A stretch of DNA of 64,000 bases from contig NW_002060954.1 in assembly GCF_000150275.1 (NCBI RefSeq), forward strand, positions 1,674,001 to 1,738,000. The letters are read 5' to 3'. Source of the DNA: Trichoplax adhaerens (taxonomy: Eukaryota > Animalia > Placozoa). Positions 56,401-64,000 of the stretch are shown in pieces. The position numbers and the translations under genes are program-made. The notes under the pieces were generated by a model. It was not told the DNA's origin and did no database searches. It saw nothing but the letters and a program-made list of their open reading frames with translations. Position 1 is the first letter of the stretch. Each line of letters opens with the position of its first letter.

Positions 56401-57986
56401 TCCTGACACGCATAAGTATTTTTTGTTGTAGTACATGGCTAGAAGACGCTTATGATCCAGTAGTAGAAAAAATATCCAGGCTAACACAGGAACTAACCCA
56501 TTTGGATGTAAATTACGCAGAAGATTTACAGGTCGCAAATTATGGCATTGGTGGACATTATGTACCACATTATGATTCGACCATAATTGCAGTTAAGTTA
56601 TTCTTTTTATAAGTTCAAATTTGTAGCCTTTAAATTAAGAATAAATGATAACGCTGTGAATTTTTTATAGTAATCAAATTTAGCACTAGGTTGAATCATT
56701 TTGTTATAAACGATCACAGTCTGTATTATAAAATATATTTGCATATCGAATTTTAGCCAGAAGATCCACTTCAAAGATTAGCTACGATGATGTTTTATGT
56801 AAGCTGAGATGATAATATACTAGTATTGTCTGTTTATGGGTTTATAATTATGGATTATTGCACCCTACGGATGACTTTATCGAACATCTAATGTCCATTG
56901 CCTACTTGACAGCTCAGTAACGTCGAGATTGGTGGCGCTACTATATTTCCACGACTTGGGGTAGCAGTACGGCCTCAAAAAGTAAGATATAAGTGTAGTA
57001 TACTATACGAGTATGTACATACAAATTAACGTGCTAAACTTATTATGTCACCAATACAGCATAAAAAATAACTATTTTAATCGAAACGATCGAATTATCG
57101 CAGAAATAGATTATAGTTTCTGCAATATCTACAAATACTCATTTTATTATGGCTAAACATTCAGGATCCAATATGAATTGAATAACTTCGTCTATGAATG
57201 CATATTCAGTCAGTTGAAATAGAATTAATTGTAATTATAAATGTACCGATACTAATTAACGGTATATTTATCTATCTCTTTCATCTCTAGAAATTAAAAG
57301 TAGAGTAGCTGGTGATTGTATATTACAGACGTAAAGAGTAGAGTAGTCGTTGTAGTGCAACTCGTATAAGAGACGAAATATTATCCTAAGTGTTAACAGA
57401 GTACGGTAGATTTTAAAATTCCTAATGCAGTATTTTAGAAATTGTTTGACTCATATTGAATATTCGTGATTCAGAATTATCTCACGTCTAGCATTTTATA
57501 AGCTATACATAAGGGTTGCGCATATCATTTATATAAGAACAGTTAGCTAAACCCATTCATAAAATTGTATGGCACTATGCCGAAGAATGCAAGCGTATTT
57601 ACTCATCAGTCTGTCTCCAAATCATGAGAGAATATTAGTATTATGGAAGATGAAAAGATTATAGCATTAAAATAAACTAAAAAAAGTTTTTACAGGAACT
57701 AAGAGTCATTGAATTAACTCAATATTGCCTAGGGGAGCGCATTATTCTGGATAAATTTGAAACGTAATGGGTTGACCAATCGGCAAACTCTTCATGCAGC
57801 TTGTCCGGTAGTTATAGGATCGAAATGGAGTGAGTGTTATCACTTATTATATTGCAAATTTACTTTCGAGGTGCAGCATAAGCTTATAATGATTTTTAAT
57901 ATTTGATTGTAATAGTCGCGAATAAATGGATTATTACGAGCGGTCAAGAATTTCGCTATCCATGCAGTCTTCATTCCGACGAATAA
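53450..57986 (+). CDS. P4HA: Prolyl 4-hydroxylase alpha subunit, divergent copy E (leader exon unresolved, probably near 53134-53252)
   Basis: Exons 53450-53746, 54400-54743, 54852-54903, 55023-55213, 55390-55566, 55685-55761, 56432-56591, 56757-56798, 56913-56981, 57733-57829, 57916-57986. Motifs NPISYFLLIKR, LQVANYGIGGHYVPHYD, QRLATMMFYLSNVEIGGATIFP, LHAACPVVIGSKWIANKW. Confidence 0.9.
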
Positions 57987-59854
57987 TATGAATAAACTGT
58001 CAATGAAAGTCAATGGTTCTTATGGATCTAATTTGTATGAAATAAAAATTTTACCAAAGCTCAACATATCGATCAGCGTTTAATTTATTTCGAATTTTTT
58101 GTCCATTATAGCATAAACTTTGATATTGACTTACCGAGATTGTGTGCTATAGTGGAAATGATCATTTCAATACTATTCTGCCTTTCATTGCATTAGTCAC
58201 ACTATTTATGACAAATAGCATCTTGATAGCCTAAGATGGCTAAATTTGAAAGTTTTGTCTATATTACCCACGATTCAGATGATAAGACTAAAACTAATTG
58301 CTTAAAATTGCCATGAAAACCACGGAAAGCCTTAAGTTATCTCTTACATAATTGATAAAAGCTTGTAGTACTATCTCTAGCTAATGCTAGAAGGGATGAT
58401 GTGATAATAATTGATCTTCAATGATTATTTATTCTAGCTCTCGTGTTAATTATAATTAATGAATATGAATTATTAATCGTTATCTATGTCTAATATGTTA
58501 TTATTTTTAAGGATGACCATGCTTTTAACTACAGTATTTTATAGATTATTCTTTAACCGTTATCGCAATAGATATTTCGTGACATTTAAACGTCACAGGT
58601 TTACTGGCATTGGTTAAATTTTTAATTTTCATAGTAGATCACGATATGTTTAGGTATTTTGATTAGAAATTTACAAAGTGTTCCTAATACTTAAAGGGTA
58701 AATCGTCACAGATCGAATCCGTAAGAAATTACTTCATAAGTCTTTTAGTTGTTTCTTCAAAATCAGCAATTATGCCGTTGTGGAAATAAATTTATTCATG
58801 ATCAATATACGATTGTCTATATACGACATTATTTGATAAATCTATTACTGCAATATTTAGAAACGTAGCCAACATTTAGCACGTTACTAATATTTAAAAA
58901 TTTATTACAAGGCCCAGGATATTTGCAGTAAGTAAAATTCCTATTATTGCCAGCTAACATCAAGAGTCAATATTGACACTTATTTATTTTAAGAAATTGA
59001 TTAAAGTGCACCTGTTTTCATCCATATAAGTGATGAAAAGAATAATAATCTCTGACTTGTACTTATAGATACTCAGACAAATTTATTATACCTACTATAT
59101 TTAACTCATCTCGTCTACCTCAACTTACATTTACTGGTTAACCAAGTTAATTTGCCTTCGTATTGTATCGTTTAAATCAAGAATGTTAGTTATTATTCTT
59201 AAGACTCATGAATAATTAAATTTCTAATATCAATCTGGGAATTCTCAGACTGAAAGAAATAGTTCGAAAGTCGACAATTGATCTCTCGTGTAGTTTATCT
59301 AGTCACCGTATAAATTAGGCCCTTATCTATTGAATTCTTTATTTTAATACATCAAGGGTGTTATATCTAGTAAATCAGTCATTAAATAAGCAGAATCTAG
59401 GTAAGTTTATGGTCTTGAATAACTAGTTTGAGATTAATTGAGGCTAATGACGAGCAATGCTCATTGCCGTCTGGATATATCAGCTATTTCCTTAAAAGAA
59501 TTTTGGTTTCGGCAAATGAAATATGAAATAGTCCTTGATAATTCGTATTTAATTGTCTGATACCCTGTTTAAAGCAATTGCTACGTAAAATAATAGTCTA
59601 CTCCTGCACGTGTTTTTAAAATTATTACTACAATGAATAGGGCGATTCTATTTCTATCTTACTCAGAGTGCCTGAGAGTTTGTACTAATGTAGGCTACAT
59701 TGAATCTTTCAAGCAACATTTTGTATTGTATAATTTAAGTATTAGTAACTATTGATCATTGCATATATCGCTCATCGATGCTTGTACAAATATCGATATT
59801 AGGGCTTGATTTTAACTTTCTGATCCATTTATTAAGTAATAGAAACTTACAGTG

Positions 59855-62800
59855 ATGCTCAAATTTGCCTTACTGCTAATATTTTTTCTTCTCGGTAAGT
59901 CATCATCATGTACGATGGTTAATTGGTAATATGCAGTAATTCTTTAATTTTAAAGGAACAGTATCCAAATTTCGCAGAAGCAATTATGGAATTCTACTTC
60001 TAAAAAACCATAAGATACAGTAGATGTCATGATTAATTACACTACGAGAGTAATCAAATTGTAAGATTAACAGACGATTTAGTAAAAATTAATTTAAGCA
60101 GCTATCAAATTGAAATAATTTTTAACCAAGTTACAGTTTTAACTACAGCAGCTCAAGCACAGAATTGTACAACATGATACGATTTCGTATACTGCAATCA
60201 AATATTCATTTCGAAATTTATATGGAATTAAAACTATATCTTTTGAATAATAAAGTAAATTACTTGGATATCTTATGCCTTTTAGAACACTACGGTGCGA
60301 ATTTATTTGCATATGTTTATTCCTTGCTTACAGTAACAGAAAATATTAAAAATATAAGACATTTAATCCTTCATTATTACCCGTATGCAATTTTAGAACA
60401 GTGCAATATTATTTCAGGTTCTAGTTATAATTTGGAGCGAATTGTGATTGTAGGAATATCTATCCGTAGACTGATTGATACTTTACAAATTTTGCATATT
60501 TTACAGCTTACAATACGATTCTTTTAACACTTCTTCTATTAACTAGCAAATATCCAATTTCATGGTATCTGGGGTGATAATGTACGCTCCATTGATGATA
60601 TGGATAAACTACTAAAAATGGAAAAAACGCTGTATAGTTCCTTAAAGAGCTACGTTCAAATGGAGAAACAACGATTGAATAAAATTTCCGACCTTTACCA
60701 AGAAATTACTGACGGTGTTAATGGAACTAATTTACCTCACCATGATCATGCAAAGCATCCACTGGCTATATATCTATTAATTAAACGCTTTCTTATTACG
60801 TGGAAAAACATTGAGATAGTTATGAATGAAGACTTGGGGAAAGGCTAGTATACGGAGTGTTTCTATCGGTGATCGAGTACATTTTTTGAAAACTTATAAG
60901 CCGGTTATAACATATAATTCTCTATTTTCGTATCTTAGAACTCTCTAGCACCTACAAAAATCTTCAGGATTATTTTCCTGAAGAGAAGGATTTAAATGAA
61001 ACTGCAAATGCAATACTAAGGCTGCAGGAAGTTTACGACCTAACCGAAGAGAATTTAGCAAATGGAAAGATTGCAGGAATAAAAAATGCTATTAACAGTT
61101 TAAACTGGAAAGATTGCCTGTTAATTAGTCAAGTTGCTGAATCGAATGGACTCTTTAATCGATCATGTCGTTGGGCTCAGCAAGCATTATATCAATTACC
61201 ACTACAAGAATATAATGACACAAACTTTCCAGTACATGACCTTAAAACTGTTTTAAAGCGTATAATTACAATCTTCTATACGGTAAGGCAAAATTCTTGA
61301 TTACAAATATTGTTACATCATTGTCACTTTCCTGCTCTACATCGTCTACTTATAAAATAACTTGACCAAATGTAACTTTTCATCTAAAGAAACGCTGAAA
61401 TTTATGACCTATAGTAGTGAAACTTGCATCAATCTTAAAGAAAGCACTGAAATTCTACAGGCTGCTTAGTAAAAATGTTTTATTTTTCACAAGGTTTACA
61501 TCAGTATTTTCATATGTCATACCCTGATACTCGTATAGATATTCGAGCAGTTCTAGAAAGCTCTACAAGGTTGCTTAATAACACTATTTTAGTTATCGAT
61601 CATTCTTAGATGTCCCTACGATCTATTTCAAAGTAATGTCAAGAAAATTAGCTGATGATTCGGTACTGCTTTACGATATATAGACCACAGCTAGAAATCG
61701 ATCAGTTCATGATGCTCTAGGCCATGGACTGATTGCGTCAGAGTATCACGATGATATTTAATATTTTTACCAGACACTTGCTATTTTGCTCTCATTGTTA
61801 AATGTGATAAAAAAATCATCAGAGAATTACGTTTCATGACATCCGTTATTCTTTATTAGACTGGTCAAACCAGAGAAGCTAGAATGTATATCCAGAAATT
61901 ACTTCGTCTTGGTGAGTAATACATGACCGACATCTACATACTGGATATCTAAATCTGGACAGTAAATAAAAGAACCTATGACTGACTCAAACAATTTTTA
62001 TATAAAAACTATTCGTATGGATCAAGATCTCGTTTATCTGACAGTTTATATCAAAAAAAGTAAAAAATTCTTTCAATTTCAATAGACAGAAAATTGCTGA
62101 GTAGTAGATGTCGTTAAATTTAGGTCAAAATAAAATATTTATTTATGGTAAAGGAAGTTACTTATATGGGTTATAAAACTATAATCCTATTATGAGAACC
62201 TATGTCAAATTTTAAAAACCATTTCAGTCGGTAAAGGAAATTATTTACTTACAAGTCTCTATTACCTGCAGTATATCAAGAGAATTAAAATTGTTTGTCT
62301 ATAATATAGTATATCGAAAGAGTTCATGTTGATACAGTACATATCAAATATCACTACATATTCGAAACTATAAACCGTGATTTGATTCAAATCACGACTA
62401 AGATTGAAGCAGCTAGGAATTGCTTACTCAATTTTTAAATCTTCAGTGCCTTTGAAGTATTTCAACGCTTGTGAAGTAGATAATAAAGATTAGAATTTTA
62501 GAAAATTGTTTTATGTACGGTACTTTTATACGACGCTACTAGCTGCTATATTAACAGTAAATTAAGAAGCGTATTATTTTATTCCATTTCTGCCATATGG
62601 ACAATTATTATCGAATGTCAGATCCTAAAGACGAATTTATCGTAAAGAATATCCAGATTTCCATGTTATCAAGAAAGAAAAAGGGATCTAAAACGCGGAC
62701 TGTCCTTAAGACGTTGAAGGTCATGGATAATGCTTCTCTTGTTAATCAACAAGCTACTGCACGTTATCAAAAAATTCGAGAGCTATGTATAGGCAATGAG

Positions 62801-63907
62801 GTATGGAAAGTTGTAAAGAATAAATTACATTTTTTATTCTACGTATGCTTCTCGCTTTGATCTAAAATGTGGGGCAAAATGTTATCATTTTATTATGGTG
62901 TCATTTTACTATGCAATTCTTAATATTTTATGTATATCTCATCATGTTTTAGAATCTGCCAGCTAAATCGAGTGGTCATCATCTGAAATGTTATTACTTT
63001 TATCCGTCATCGAAGACAAGATTTATGCCATATGCTATAGAAGAAATGAGCCGTGATCCTCTAATTATTCTGTACCATAATCTAACTAGTAATGCTGAAA
63101 TGGAGTCTCTAAAGGCACTAGCAGCGAAACAGGTAATTAATTAAATTTATAATACTGTAAGTCATACATAGTTGTACAGAAATAGTTATTATGATCATAA
63201 GCTTTGGGCTACGCATAGTTATTTTCACATGATAATTATTTATTCTGCGATGAGTTTGAGATAGAACACTTAGGTTATGATTGGAGATATATTGTGTGAT
63301 ATATACATATATATAAGCCAATAGCAGGATATCCTGTAGCCTAATTCATTTAGCTATATATATATCTAATTGATTAAGATCATTCTTTGTGAATTCTATA
63401 TCGTGACTGGATATCCGTATTTTTAATACGATAGCTCCAACCAGCTGGTGTATATCACACAACTTCAGCGGATAACCGGAATCTAGAAGGCTATACAAGA
63501 ATTGCTAAAATGTAAGTTTAGGGTAAATTTCCTACATTCGTACTTTAGAAGACGACATATTTATTGTAAGACTGGAACTTTTCCTATATCTTGTCGTTTT
63601 TCATACATGTACGGTAATTTCATAAAATTTCATGCTTATTATATCTATCTGTCGATTTTGTTATGGCCAGAAATATTACGAGAATAAGTTAGATAGGCCA
63701 TGTATAAATTTCTGTGGTATTTATAGGTAGTGACTAAATTAGATAAAGTGTAATTCATTTACTGAAATATATATACTCTGATGAAAAATTTATACTATCA
63801 TGACAAGGGCTTTTATTTTGGACGAAGAAAGTGCTGTCGCATCTGCAATTACTCAACGTTTGCAAGATGTAACAGGACTAAATATGAACTTTTCCGAACC
63901 ATTGCAA
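59855..63907 (+). CDS. P4HA: Prolyl 4-hydroxylase alpha subunit, copy F, 5' part (continues past window end)
   Basis: Exons 59855-59894 (MLKFALLLIFFLL), 60547-60843, 60939-61282, 61860-61911, 62622-62800, 62953-63132, 63435-63511, 63808-63907. Motifs HPLAIYLLIKRF, ILRLQEVYDL, LKCYY, TRIAKMAFI, VTGLNMNFSEPLQ. The catalytic HxD exon lies outside the window. Confidence 0.88.
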
Positions 63908-64000
63908 GTAAGAGAATATAATGCTGAAATTGTAATAGATTTTAAATGTTTCTAATATCAAGAATGAAATCAAAATAAATTAGGTTATTAATTATGGAAT

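Noticed and set aside
60165-60527. 120-aa plus ORF and similar Ile/Leu/Tyr-rich ORFs (6441, 7686, 20581, 23499, 41982, 50808, 52078)
   Set aside because: Intronic or intergenic AT-rich chance ORFs with no motifs or splice support.

Overview
AT-rich, intron-dense eukaryotic (early-branching animal) genomic DNA with short GT-AG introns. Composition and gene architecture suggest a placozoan such as Trichoplax, which is inference only. Exons were spliced by hand, because the ORF track only shows exon fragments. Left to right: (1) a minus-strand adhesion/secretin-class (family B) 7TM receptor running off the left edge, with two HRM-like modules and no recognisable GPS motif; (2) two tandem collagen prolyl 4-hydroxylase alpha-subunit genes (P4HA copies A, B); (3) a minus-strand, nearly intronless gene for an unrecognised ~393-aa secreted helical protein with alternating acidic and Arg-rich blocks; (4) dynactin p62 (DCTN4), with a degenerate tandem repeat in intron 1; (5) four more, more divergent P4HA paralogues (C, D, E and F, the last truncated by the right edge). 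The five complete P4HA copies keep the HxD...H iron triad and the 2-oxoglutarate-binding Lys but differ in their substrate-covering loops and at the His501-equivalent position. No rRNA, tRNA, CRISPR array or autonomous transposon could be supported.
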